A stretch of DNA of 64,000 nt from Candidatus Yanofskybacteria bacterium RIFCSPLOWO2_01_FULL_42_49. GTDB taxonomy: Bacteria; Patescibacteriota; Minisyncoccia; 2-02-FULL-40-12; GWA2-44-9. Positions within the stretch are counted from its first letter, which is position 1, and the number at the start of each line of letters is the position of its first letter. The stretch covers positions 69,380-133,379 of the forward strand of contig MGKI01000014.1 of NCBI GenBank assembly GCA_001795615.1. Direction: 5' to 3'. This document shows positions 17,437 through 27,102 of this stretch, one piece after another. The notes below the pieces were generated by a model. The model was given only the letters and a program-made list of their open reading frames with translations. It did no database searches and was not told where the DNA came from. A program made the translations under genes and the position numbers.

Positions 17437-18443
17437 GACCATATTTTTTTATTATCCTTCATCAAACCCGCCAAATGTTTTTCGTTAAAGTGAACTGTCT
17501 CTTCTGAGGATGTTCTATTAAAACTGGCTAAAGATGCCATTTCTTTTATGCCATGGTCTAAATTATACCTCAACCCCTTAAGGAGTCCTGCTCTTTTTGC
17601 CTTATCTGCATTAACATGATAATTGCGCTCGTCTTGAAATGGCTGTTCAGTTGACTCAACTTTACAGTTTGTTAATTTGCTAACTCTGTCCGCCAAGTCC
17701 TTTATTTGAGAATTTTCGGTGACAAGATTGTAAATTCCTTTTGCGCTGTTATCAAGACCGTTAACAAAAGCCATGGCAATATCTTTCACATGAATAAATG
17801 GCCTCCACTGGGTACCGCCAAAGTAAGTTAGCTTACCCTCACCAATGGCCTTAAAACTCAAGAAGTTAACGGCTAGATCCAGACGGACCCTGGAGTGACT
17901 ATCGGAAATACCATAGGCAGTACCGATCCGATACATTAAAACATTCGGATGTTTAATGAGGAACGATTCTACTTCCAGCTTGCTTCTGGCGTAAAGCGAG
18001 AGTGGATTTGTCGGCGATGATTCAGTAAGCATTGAATCGCTCTTGCCATAAACAGAACAAGTTGAAGCAAAAAGTATCCGTCCTTTGTAATTTTTTACCA
18101 GCCACTTAACGGGTTCGACATTGACTGCCCTGGTCATCCATTCATCTATCTGGCAGCCCGGATCGCCGACAATTGCCGCTAGCCAAATAATGTGAGTATA
18201 TTTAGGCAATACGGACTTGAGTTTCTTATAATCCCTAACGTCACCATATACAAAATCAACCGGTTTTAAATACTGATGCTCGTAAACAAGCTTGTCGTAA
18301 ACGCTAAAAGGAATTCTTTTGGCAACCAAAATATCGGTTATAGCACCGCCAATATAACCGGCTCCACCGACAACAAGAACTTTGATTTTGCTGTTGTTTC
18401 CCATATAATTTTTATATAATAACAAAGATAAGCTGTAATGCAA
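17430..18443 (-). CDS. NAD-dependent sugar-nucleotide dehydratase/epimerase (extended SDR; PseB/LegB candidate)
   Basis: Rossmann motif VLVVGGAGYIGG and catalytic YARSK (YxxxK). Probable start is MGNNSKIKVL at ~18404. Confidence 0.8.
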   Translation of the reverse strand: MHYSLSLLLYKNYMGNNSKIKVLVVGGAGYIGGAITDILVAKRIPFSVYDKLVYEHQYLKPVDFVYGDVRDYKKLKSVLPKYTHIIWLAAIVGDPGCQIDEWMTRAVNVEPVKWLVKNYKGRILFASTCSVYGKSDSMLTESSPTNPLSLYARSKLEVESFLIKHPNVLMYRIGTAYGISDSHSRVRLDLAVNFLSFKAIGEGKLTYFGGTQWRPFIHVKDIAMAFVNGLDNSAKGIYNLVTENSQIKDLADRVSKLTNCKVESTEQPFQDERNYHVNADKAKRAGLLKGLRYNLDHGIKEMASLASFNRTSSEETVHFNEKHLAGLMKDNKKIWSR

Positions 18444-18453
18444 TATCTATTAT

Positions 18454-18493
18454 GTTGATATCTGTTGACACCTTTTGACATCTTTTGATACTC
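18454..18493 (+). promoter_or_regulatory. Phased TGAYAY direct repeats (x4, exact 10 bp spacing), promoter/operator-like
   Basis: TGATAT at 18456, TGACAC at 18466, TGACAT at 18476 and TGATAC at 18486, with CTTTT spacers. An AGAGG SD lies ~10 nt before ATG 18521. Confidence 0.5.
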
Positions 18494-18520
18494 TTTATGT
18501 AGGTCAGAGGTCAAAACTTT

Positions 18521-19414
18521 ATGCTAATAAGTACCGTCCAAAAACTCAAAGCCATTCCAAGTTATCTTTACAGGAATTATGCCGCTCCTAAATTTTACAG
18601 TATCCGAGACAGAATGATCCTGTCAAGAAATTTGGAACTTAAAAATAAATATGTCGGCCGGCGTTGTTTTATTCTTGGCGCCGGACCCTCTATAGCTGAC
18701 ACTGATCTTTCGCGGCTGAGACAAGAGCATGTTTTTGTAGTTAACGAGTTTGAGAAGAATAAACAGCATCGCTCTTTAACGCCGACATTTCACATCATAT
18801 CGGAATCAAATTATTTTAACGAAAACGGACCGGAGTATTGGCGCAACCGCTTTAAGGAAAAGAATAAATACATATCTGCCGACACAACTATTATAACCAA
18901 CTTGGCAGCAATACCATTCATTCAGAAACATGACTTGTTTAAAGAGCATAGGATATACTATACAGGCACACAGGGAATTTTCAGCAATAATCTGCCTTTT
19001 AGTATAGATCTTAATCACTATGTTCCCAATCCCAAAAATTCAATTTTAATGTGCATGATTGCGGCCACTTGGATGGGTTTTAATAAAATTTATCTTCTTG
19101 GCTGCGAACACAGTTTCCTGGCTCAACCTTTGGGTAAAAATAAATCTCTCGGGTTCGGTCATAGCTATGAAGATGAAACATCTAGCCTTGATAATGCCGA
19201 CAATGCAACCCTGAAGAAATATATTGATGCCAAAGAACTGAATTTTACCTACGAGATGAGCATCGCCAACATATTGCAATTATTTAAAAATTACCGCTTA
19301 TTTTACTCTAAAGCGCGCAGAATCCATCCAGATTTACAAATATTCAACGCCACGCCTAATAGTTTTCTGGATGTTTTTCCTATGATAAATTTTGAAGATA
19401 TAATGGGACTATGA
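18521..19414 (+). CDS. DUF115 / motility-accessory-factor (Maf)-like protein, candidate nonulosonic acid transferase
   Basis: FILGAGPSIADTDL...VFVVNEF and a C-terminal ...IYLLGCEH... resemble the MptE-like/Maf family. It is the first gene downstream of the shared promoter motif. Confidence 0.4.
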   Translation: MLISTVQKLKAIPSYLYRNYAAPKFYSIRDRMILSRNLELKNKYVGRRCFILGAGPSIADTDLSRLRQEHVFVVNEFEKNKQHRSLTPTFHIISESNYFNENGPEYWRNRFKEKNKYISADTTIITNLAAIPFIQKHDLFKEHRIYYTGTQGIFSNNLPFSIDLNHYVPNPKNSILMCMIAATWMGFNKIYLLGCEHSFLAQPLGKNKSLGFGHSYEDETSSLDNADNATLKKYIDAKELNFTYEMSIANILQLFKNYRLFYSKARRIHPDLQIFNATPNSFLDVFPMINFEDIMGL

Positions 19415-20136
19415 AACATATCCGATATAACAATATAGAGGTTGTATATAAAGAAAAGCTACATGGCGGAGGAATTAGATTCGGACAGCAATTTATTCCC
19501 ATAGTAAAGGAAAGGTTCGGCCATGTTGGCCACATATTTGAATTTTGTGCTGGACCTGGATTCATCGGATTTTCACTGCTTGCAAATAATCTCTGCGATA
19601 AATTAACTGTGGCCGATATAAACCCGGAAGCTGTTAAGGTGTTAAGTGAGACGGTCAAAAAAAATGGCCTAGAGTCAAAGGTTGCCGTCTATCTTTCCGA
19701 CTGTCTGGATAGCATACCTGAGACAGAAAAGTGGGATCTGGTCGTCAGTAACCCACCTCATGTTTTTTGCGCAAATGAAGATGAGCACAAAAAAAATATA
19801 ATTTTATTTGACCCTAATTTTAACATACATAAACGATTCTATAGGGATATCAAAAAATTTTTAAAGCCAACCGGTTCAGTGCTGCTTCAGGAACACACAG
19901 AATCAACAAACATAGACGATTTCAAAAGTATGATAGAAGAGAACGGGCTTAAAATAGTTGATGTTTTTACATATACTTCCCCAGTTAAAGTTATCGGCCC
20001 TAAAAACACTCTCGGTTTTAACTTTCCAACTCTGCGCAAAATTTTTAATCCGTTTAAAGTTTATAGGGCCGCAAAAAGACGGCTCTGGCCGAATAAGCCC
20101 AGGAACTATTATTTTATCCACGCTAAAATAGCATGA
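19411..20136 (+). CDS. Class I SAM-dependent methyltransferase
   Basis: FEFCAGPGFIG (motif I-like), DINPEA and VVSNPPH (NPPY-like motif IV). Confidence 0.7.
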   Translation: MKHIRYNNIEVVYKEKLHGGGIRFGQQFIPIVKERFGHVGHIFEFCAGPGFIGFSLLANNLCDKLTVADINPEAVKVLSETVKKNGLESKVAVYLSDCLDSIPETEKWDLVVSNPPHVFCANEDEHKKNIILFDPNFNIHKRFYRDIKKFLKPTGSVLLQEHTESTNIDDFKSMIEENGLKIVDVFTYTSPVKVIGPKNTLGFNFPTLRKIFNPFKVYRAAKRRLWPNKPRNYYFIHAKIA

Positions 20137-21983
20137 AGATTTTAGGTTTAAAAATTATTGACCACGACACGGGTGCCGCTCTCTTGGTGGATAACCAGGT
20201 AATAGCCATATCTCAAGAACGTCTAGATAGGAAGAAGTATTCCATGGCATTCCCGAAAGAATCTATTGATTACTGTTTGTCTGCGGCTGGCATAAAAAGT
20301 ATCGATGAAATAGATTCAGTCGCAGTTGAGCAAATAGATGCAACGCCTGCATCATTAATAAACCTGCTTAAACAACATGACTTGTGGGATAAGATCGCTC
20401 ACAAAACTATATTTGTTAACCATCATGATGCTCACGCAGCCAGTGCCTTTTTTTGTTCACCATTTGATGACGCGGCGGTTATGGTAGTTGATAGCGCCGG
20501 CCAAAAGGAAAAATTAGCAACGGGATTAATAGGCGTAGAGACGGAAACATTTTACAAAGGTAATAAAAATGGACTGTATCGGATCGTCCGCAATCATGCG
20601 CCAGTTAACCAATTTACCGGCCGGCTCTTGGATTTTTCCGGGATCGGCAATTTGTATTCACAGGTCACTTATTTTCTCGGGTTCGGCAAACATGAAGAGG
20701 GTAAAACAATGGGCCTAGCACCTTACGGAAAAGGTAGGTTAATTTCAGAGATTCCGGAAGAACAGTTCTTAAAAAAGGTAGACCAATTCCGTTATATCTT
20801 CCCTACTCGCCTAGAACCACACTCAGACATGGGCCTAAAATATCTCTTCAAAAAAACATCCTATTCCAGAAAATCTGCCCTAGTCAGAAAAATAAAATTA
20901 ATTATGCATTCTTTTTCTAAAAAGGGCTTGGCTTATGAAAAACCAGCACATTTCCCAAAGACGCCAGAGATTTTCTTTAAACACCCACGCGCAAATAAAA
21001 ATATCAAGCTTCCAGACAACTTTTACCCCCACACCCAGCCAGCGAATATTTATGATCGCCAAGAAGGCAATCGCCGGCTAGGTGTGGGGGTTTATACGGA
21101 ATTGGCTTACTGGGCACAGTTCTATTTAGAAAAAGTTATGACTGACTACGCTATATGTTTACACAATGTCACAAATTCAAAGAATCTTTGTATCGCCGGA
21201 GGCGTAGGCTTAAACAGTGTGGCCAACAAAAAGATCCTGGACAATACTCCTTTTGAAAATATTTTCATCCAACCCGCTTCCGGCGATTCCGGCTTGGCAT
21301 TGGGAGCAGCTTTGTGGGCCAATCACCAGTTCAATAAAAATCCGGTTGAGTGGAAAATGGATAACGCCTATCTTGGCAGAGAATATGGAGAGAAAGAAAT
21401 ATTGAATACCATCCAAGGATATCAATATGAAAAATTATCAAGTCCAGCCCAAACAGCGGCAAAATTACTGGCAGACGGAAAAATAATTGGCTGGTTTCAG
21501 GGTAAAAGTGAGCATGGCCCCAGAGCCTTGGGCAATAGAAGCATCCTATGCTCTCCCATTCCGCCCGGAATGAAAGACAAGCTGAACGCACAAGTAAAGC
21601 ATCGCGAATCATTTCGCCCATTTGCTCCAGCATGCCTCGAAGAATCTGCCGATGAATATTTTGAGCTTGATTGTCCAAGCCCGTTCATGCTTCTTGTTGC
21701 TAAGGTAAAAAAGGATAATATTCCCGCAGTAACCCACATAGACGGGACCGCCCGCGTCCAGACCGTCAATAGTAGTCAAAATCCGAAATTTTATTCGCTT
21801 ATAAAAGAATTCCAAAAACTAACCGGCGTACCAGTTGTATTAAATACATCGTTCAATGACTCTGGCGAACCCATTGTTGAAACGCCTGAAGACGCGATAA
21901 AAACTTTCAAATCCACAAACATTGACGCTCTCATCATCGGCGGCTATCTTCTCTTGCCGAACAATGACAAAATTAATACATAA
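20133..21983 (+). CDS. Carbamoyltransferase (NodU/CmcH family)
   Basis: N-terminal MKILGLKIIDHDTGAALL and FVNHHDAHAASAFF, and a C-terminal HIDGTARVQTV motif. Length is 616 aa. Confidence 0.85.
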   Translation: MKILGLKIIDHDTGAALLVDNQVIAISQERLDRKKYSMAFPKESIDYCLSAAGIKSIDEIDSVAVEQIDATPASLINLLKQHDLWDKIAHKTIFVNHHDAHAASAFFCSPFDDAAVMVVDSAGQKEKLATGLIGVETETFYKGNKNGLYRIVRNHAPVNQFTGRLLDFSGIGNLYSQVTYFLGFGKHEEGKTMGLAPYGKGRLISEIPEEQFLKKVDQFRYIFPTRLEPHSDMGLKYLFKKTSYSRKSALVRKIKLIMHSFSKKGLAYEKPAHFPKTPEIFFKHPRANKNIKLPDNFYPHTQPANIYDRQEGNRRLGVGVYTELAYWAQFYLEKVMTDYAICLHNVTNSKNLCIAGGVGLNSVANKKILDNTPFENIFIQPASGDSGLALGAALWANHQFNKNPVEWKMDNAYLGREYGEKEILNTIQGYQYEKLSSPAQTAAKLLADGKIIGWFQGKSEHGPRALGNRSILCSPIPPGMKDKLNAQVKHRESFRPFAPACLEESADEYFELDCPSPFMLLVAKVKKDNIPAVTHIDGTARVQTVNSSQNPKFYSLIKEFQKLTGVPVVLNTSFNDSGEPIVETPEDAIKTFKSTNIDALIIGGYLLLPNNDKINT

Positions 21984-22818
21984 AACGACTAAGAACCTCT
22001 TGCGCAAACTGCCCATTTTCCTTCCAGCTAAAAAACTGCATTATTTAGCGCGCAGATTCATATTTAAAATTTATAACGCTCTATTCCCAACCGCAACGAT
22101 ACTTCTTTACCATCGGATATCAGATTCAAAAAATGACCCTCATCGGCTTTGCGTATCGCCGGAAAATTTCCGCGAACAGATAAAATTTTTAAAAGAAAAT
22201 TTCCGCGTTATACCCCTGGTCCAGCTTGTCAGGGAAGTTCGTTCTAAAAAATTAAAAAGCAAGACCGTGGTCATTACCTTTGATGACGGCTATTCTGATA
22301 ATCTCCACAATGCCTTACCGGTTCTCCAAGAACTCGACATCCCAGCCACCATATTTTTTACGGCCGGTTATGTTGGCTCGAATAAGCTCTTTTATTGGGA
22401 CTTATATGCACAAACAGGCGAAAATACGCCCCCAGAAGACCAAGGTAGGCCATTGACCCTAGATGAGGCTAAAACCCTCTCTACGGCCCGTATAATCGAA
22501 ATTGGAGGCCATACTATAAACCACCCCAAACTAGCTAAAATACCCCCAAATGAGCAGTTTGTGGAAATATTCAAAGGGAAAATAATCGTTGAAGAAATGC
22601 TTGATATTCCCCTTTTAAGTTTTGCCTATCCGTTTGGAGGCAGGGACAGCTTTGATAAAAACACAATTGAACTGGTCAAAAAAGCCGGATTCCAATACGC
22701 TTGCTCCAACACACACAAAAGAGTGACAAATAATTCTAATATATATGCCTTACCCCGTTATGTGGTAAGAAATTGGAATTTAGAAGAATTTAAGAAAGAA
22801 TTCACTAAATTTATTTAA
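21922..22818 (+). CDS. Polysaccharide deacetylase (NodB-homology domain, CE4)
   Basis: TFDDGY, HTINHP and a later ...YPFGG... block. Likely start is MTKLIHK at ~21964, which overlaps the upstream stop. Confidence 0.8.
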   Translation: MTLSSSAAIFSCRTMTKLIHKTTKNLLRKLPIFLPAKKLHYLARRFIFKIYNALFPTATILLYHRISDSKNDPHRLCVSPENFREQIKFLKENFRVIPLVQLVREVRSKKLKSKTVVITFDDGYSDNLHNALPVLQELDIPATIFFTAGYVGSNKLFYWDLYAQTGENTPPEDQGRPLTLDEAKTLSTARIIEIGGHTINHPKLAKIPPNEQFVEIFKGKIIVEEMLDIPLLSFAYPFGGRDSFDKNTIELVKKAGFQYACSNTHKRVTNNSNIYALPRYVVRNWNLEEFKKEFTKFI

Positions 22819-22830
22819 TATTTACTCGGG

Positions 22831-24027
22831 ATGAATATTATCCAAATCAACACAATAGATAAAAAGGGTGGGGCAGCAATGGTTGCTTATTCTTTACAAC
22901 AAGAACTGGGAAAAAGGGGCCACACAATATCGATGTTTGTCGGGAGAAAGTATTCTGAGGAGAGTAATATTAAATTGCTTAACGACATGCGTTCTATCTC
23001 AGGTAAAGTCCGACGGAAACTTGCTTACTGGCTAGCTAATGACATCGATGTTTTTTCTTCTGACCACATTTTAAAAACTCCGGAATTTAAAAATGCCGAT
23101 ATCGTTCATTGCCACAATCTGCATAGCAACTACTTCAATCTGGGAACCTTGGAAAAAATGTCTCGCCTTAAGCCGGTTGTTTGGACATTCCATGATATGT
23201 GGCCGATTACCGCCCATTGTGGCCACGCTTTTAACGGTAAAATCAACAAGAATGGTTTTTTTACTTGTCCGGCCTTAAATATACCACCGGCTATCGCCTG
23301 GCACAACGAAAAATACCTAGAGAATAAAAAAACAAAAATATACAAAAACTCAAACTTTCACATTGTCACTCCCTCAAAATGGTTGGCGGAAAAAGTGGGT
23401 CAAAGTATTTTAAAAAATAAACCAATATCAATTATTTATAACGGCATTAACACAAACGCATTCAGCCCCTTACCCAAAGAGCAATGCCGCAAAGAACTAA
23501 ACCTGCCCTTGAACAAGAAGATTATTTTATCTGTTATTAAAAAACAAGATGACCAATGGAAAGGATGGGCGTTCGTAGTTGAAACTGCTGAACAATTCAA
23601 AAACAACAAAGATATTGTTTTTATAAACATCGGCAGAATCACCAGCAATAAGAACAATTTATTAGGACTTCCACCCATTAGCGAAGAAGGAGTGTTGAAA
23701 AAATACTATTCCGCCACCGATATTCTTCTCTATCCTTCAATAGCCGACAACTGTCCCTTGGTAGTCTTAGAAGCGATGGCTTGCGGTTTACCGATTGTCT
23801 CATTTAACACCGGCGGCATACCGGAGTTGATAGAACATAAAGCAAACGGATATATAGCCAAACATAAAGACACTGACGATCTCAAAAACGGTATAGAGTA
23901 TTTACTAAACTTGTCTAATCAAGAGTCAGAACAAATGAGACAACATTCAATAAAAAAAATAAAAAATGGATTTACGACGGAGAAAACGACTAACGAATAT
24001 ATTGAGCTTTACAATCACATCTTATAG
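22831..24027 (+). CDS. GT4-family (GT-B) glycosyltransferase
   Basis: C-terminal EAMACGLPIVSFNTGGIPELIE, with an E-x7-E-like donor-binding region. Confidence 0.8.
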   Translation: MNIIQINTIDKKGGAAMVAYSLQQELGKRGHTISMFVGRKYSEESNIKLLNDMRSISGKVRRKLAYWLANDIDVFSSDHILKTPEFKNADIVHCHNLHSNYFNLGTLEKMSRLKPVVWTFHDMWPITAHCGHAFNGKINKNGFFTCPALNIPPAIAWHNEKYLENKKTKIYKNSNFHIVTPSKWLAEKVGQSILKNKPISIIYNGINTNAFSPLPKEQCRKELNLPLNKKIILSVIKKQDDQWKGWAFVVETAEQFKNNKDIVFINIGRITSNKNNLLGLPPISEEGVLKKYYSATDILLYPSIADNCPLVVLEAMACGLPIVSFNTGGIPELIEHKANGYIAKHKDTDDLKNGIEYLLNLSNQESEQMRQHSIKKIKNGFTTEKTTNEYIELYNHIL

Positions 24028-25521
24028 ATTGTGCGGCTGTATTTCTTTAAATTTATATGGTTCTTGAAAAGAGGACCAGTAAATTTTATTGGGCAGTAGT
24101 CCTAATTCGGTTCCGAAATATTGGTCAAAAATAAAACGAAAAGTGTTTACATTAGAAACACTCTTGGACAATATGTTTTTTGACTTCCCCGGCAGATAAA
24201 ACGCGCTGAAATTTGAAACCATGGTCAAGGGGTCAACCGATTCCGGATTAAATCCATGATCGGATTGAATAATAATGACTGGCGGAATTTCCGAGTTTGA
24301 AATTATCAACTCAACAGTCTCCATTATTTTTCTGTTTGTATATTGCAATTGGCCCAGGTAATACTCTTTTTCTTTAACTAAATCCATTTCTTCCGTGTCA
24401 GAAAATTTAGCGGCAACTTTTTCTCCGTTAGGACCGAATAAATACGGCCAGTGCGGAACAGGCAGATGAGCATAAATAAATTTAGGACCCCCCAAATTAA
24501 GTTCCGGCATTTCTCCCAATCTTTTAAAAGCAAGGTCAATAACCGTTCTCATTCTATAATTTAAATAATCCCTAAATATGTTGCGACGATTACTAACCAA
24601 TCTGATCAGGGTTGAGTCTAACAATTTATAACTAAATTCGCCAACAGGCGGTCGTCCTATTTCTGCATCAACGTTAGAGATCGGCCAGCCAACACGAAAA
24701 CTAACTATTTTATAACCCCGCTGTTTCAAAAACCCCACAACCTTGTTTTTTCGTATCATGTCCAACAGAAACCTTGTGTCGGCTTGGGATTCCAGCAACA
24801 TTCCGTCTCCCAAGTATTTCATGTTAAGGACCGAGGGCAAAGAAAGAAGTGTTTGGGAATAGTTGCTCCGGCTTTCATCGGAAATTATAAAACCTTTTTC
24901 TTCAAGAAAGTCCGAAAATTCTTTATTGTCATAGCCGAAAAAATTTTTTAAAATTCCATTGCCCGCATATCTGTCCGGGATAATGTAATAAATATCCGGT
25001 AAATTAGCAGTCGCACTGTTTCCCTTGTCGATAGTTTGTAAAATGTCAGTTTTTATCCCTCCAACCCCACCAATCCCATATATAACTATGCTTATAAGCG
25101 GTATCAGCACAAGAACAACCGATGACAGATTAAGAATTTTTGTAAACGGTAACAGATATTTTTTAGTTTTGAGAACAAAAAACCCACCCGACAAAATCAT
25201 AACGAACCACACCGGAAATAAAAATTTGTGTCTTCCGACCAAAAGATCGGCCATTTTAACGCCATGAAAAATATCGTAAAAAATGCCGTAATAAAGGAAA
25301 AAAACAACGACGAGAGAGCTTATTATGCCAGCTTTATGACAGTCCGGAATTAACATTTTTAAAACAAAAAAGGCCGTGGCCGCAAATAAAAGAGCAACGA
25401 ATATCGGTACTAAAACTACATCAAATGCGATATGATTTCCAAGTTCACTAATGTTGTGAGCAAATAAAAAAACAATGAAAGAAACAGAAAGCAAAAAGGG
25501 GTGGAAAATGTATTTAGCCAC
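24022..25521 (-). CDS. Membrane-anchored sulfatase/alkaline-phosphatase-superfamily protein (LtaS/MdoB-like), tandem paralog A
   Basis: About 5 N-terminal TM helices, then an extracytoplasmic domain with LPDIYYIIPDRYAG and IIIQSDHGF (sulfatase-type metal/substrate motifs). It is paralogous to 25525-27096. Confidence 0.55.
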   Translation of the reverse strand: MAKYIFHPFLLSVSFIVFLFAHNISELGNHIAFDVVLVPIFVALLFAATAFFVLKMLIPDCHKAGIISSLVVVFFLYYGIFYDIFHGVKMADLLVGRHKFLFPVWFVMILSGGFFVLKTKKYLLPFTKILNLSSVVLVLIPLISIVIYGIGGVGGIKTDILQTIDKGNSATANLPDIYYIIPDRYAGNGILKNFFGYDNKEFSDFLEEKGFIISDESRSNYSQTLLSLPSVLNMKYLGDGMLLESQADTRFLLDMIRKNKVVGFLKQRGYKIVSFRVGWPISNVDAEIGRPPVGEFSYKLLDSTLIRLVSNRRNIFRDYLNYRMRTVIDLAFKRLGEMPELNLGGPKFIYAHLPVPHWPYLFGPNGEKVAAKFSDTEEMDLVKEKEYYLGQLQYTNRKIMETVELIISNSEIPPVIIIQSDHGFNPESVDPLTMVSNFSAFYLPGKSKNILSKSVSNVNTFRFIFDQYFGTELGLLPNKIYWSSFQEPYKFKEIQPHNL

Positions 25522-25524
25522 AGT

Positions 25525-27096
25525 TTATAACAGGCCCCATGGAACCTGTTTTATATTTTTAAAATCTGAGTGATTCTTTAAAAGCAAATAATCATAATAC
25601 TTATAAATCTTATCCTCCAAGAGATCATAATCGGCATTAAAATAGTTCTTAAAAATAAAACGGAAAGTGTTTACATTTGTGAGATTATCCGGCAAAAGCG
25701 TCTTTTTGCCGCCCGGTAAATAGAGTGCGCTAAAATTCTTGCCGCTTGCCCTAGTTGCTGTGGTAAATGTTTCTAACTCAAAAAAACGGTCGGACAAATC
25801 GTTCATCCAAAATACATAACCATGATCTGACTGAATTATAATAATAGGTTCCGTTTTAGACTTAGCTAATATCTCGTCAACAACCAAACTCAACTGTTTA
25901 TTTGCAAAGATAAGCTGGTCCAGCCAAAAACGACCATACTCCTCTTCTGTTAAAATAGAGGCCTCTTCAACGTTTACTTCTTCACCGTTACGATCGAATA
26001 AAAACGGCGGATGTGGAAGGAAAAGATGAAGAAAGACAAATTTGGGTCCGCCAACATCCAACTCTGGAATTTCTTTTAACTTCTCAAAACTGTATAAAAT
26101 TCTTTTTCTTTCCTCGTTATTTATGCTAAATCCAAAAAACTGTCTTTTGCTTACAAAGTATTTAAGCAATGAAGTTTCAATTATCCGATGGGAAAAATTA
26201 TTAAGACGACTTGGATTAAATCTTATATCGGCATACTTGTTATAGCTTGTTATGCCTAGGCCGGAATCAAACTGTATAATTTTATAACCCTGTGCCTTGA
26301 GAAATTGCTGAACACGGTTATTGTGGATTAGATTCGCTATGTCGTTCTTCTCTATAGTTTCAGGAAGCAGGTTATCCAAATAATCCATATTCATCGTTGC
26401 GGGTATGGACAGAACGGTATTTTGATAATTTGAATGGTTTTTCGAAAGAACCGAAAACCCTTTTTTCTTTAAAAAATTAATGAACTCACTATTGTCGTAA
26501 TTATGTACTTCTTTAAGTATATCCACGCGAGCATATGAGTCAGGAACAATATAATAAATATCGGGCAAATTTTGGTCTTGATTTAAACCTGTTTGAACCG
26601 CACCATCTTCAAAAACAACACTGCTTCGGCTATTTGAATAAGCGCTGAAACCAATACTTACAAAAGAAAAAGCAATTAACGCAAATCCAGCGGTTCTAAA
26701 AAACTTATATACAGCTCCCAAATCCTTGGATCTCATAATAAAATAGCTGGCCGATATAAAAGAAAAAATTCCCAAAGGATATAAATATTTGTCCCTGACA
26801 ATGCCTATATCTATCAGCCATCCAACAGAAAGAAGCAGTTCTTTAAAATTCCCGTATGACAGAAAAACTATAAAAAACAAAGAAAGAATCAACCCCGACT
26901 TTATATAATCTTTAACAAAGATACTTAAAATAATGGTAAAAACCAGAACTATAAAAGTAACAATGAAAAGAGGCAACCACAGCATCTCATACTTCAATTC
27001 GCTTATATTGTGGGCAAAAAGAAAAAGTATGGGAAAAATTCCATACAATAACGGCAGATATGGGATATTTTTGATAAAATCTTTAATTTTTATCAT
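25525..27096 (-). CDS. Membrane-anchored sulfatase/alkaline-phosphatase-superfamily protein (LtaS/MdoB-like), tandem paralog B
   Basis: Same architecture as paralog A: LPDIYYIVPDSYAR, IIIQSDHGY and N-terminal TM helices. Confidence 0.55.
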   Translation of the reverse strand: MIKIKDFIKNIPYLPLLYGIFPILFLFAHNISELKYEMLWLPLFIVTFIVLVFTIILSIFVKDYIKSGLILSLFFIVFLSYGNFKELLLSVGWLIDIGIVRDKYLYPLGIFSFISASYFIMRSKDLGAVYKFFRTAGFALIAFSFVSIGFSAYSNSRSSVVFEDGAVQTGLNQDQNLPDIYYIVPDSYARVDILKEVHNYDNSEFINFLKKKGFSVLSKNHSNYQNTVLSIPATMNMDYLDNLLPETIEKNDIANLIHNNRVQQFLKAQGYKIIQFDSGLGITSYNKYADIRFNPSRLNNFSHRIIETSLLKYFVSKRQFFGFSINNEERKRILYSFEKLKEIPELDVGGPKFVFLHLFLPHPPFLFDRNGEEVNVEEASILTEEEYGRFWLDQLIFANKQLSLVVDEILAKSKTEPIIIIQSDHGYVFWMNDLSDRFFELETFTTATRASGKNFSALYLPGGKKTLLPDNLTNVNTFRFIFKNYFNADYDLLEDKIYKYYDYLLLKNHSDFKNIKQVPWGLL

Positions 27097-27102
27097 CCTT
27101 AT

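Noticed and set aside
17294-17488. 64 aa + strand ORF (MFASCGIYPVRGPTRLKG...) covering the GC-rich region
   Set aside because: The reading frame is a by-product of the GC-rich palindromic structure. There is no RBS, the translation is Arg/Gly/Pro-rich nonsense, and the extensive base pairing argues for an RNA-level element instead.
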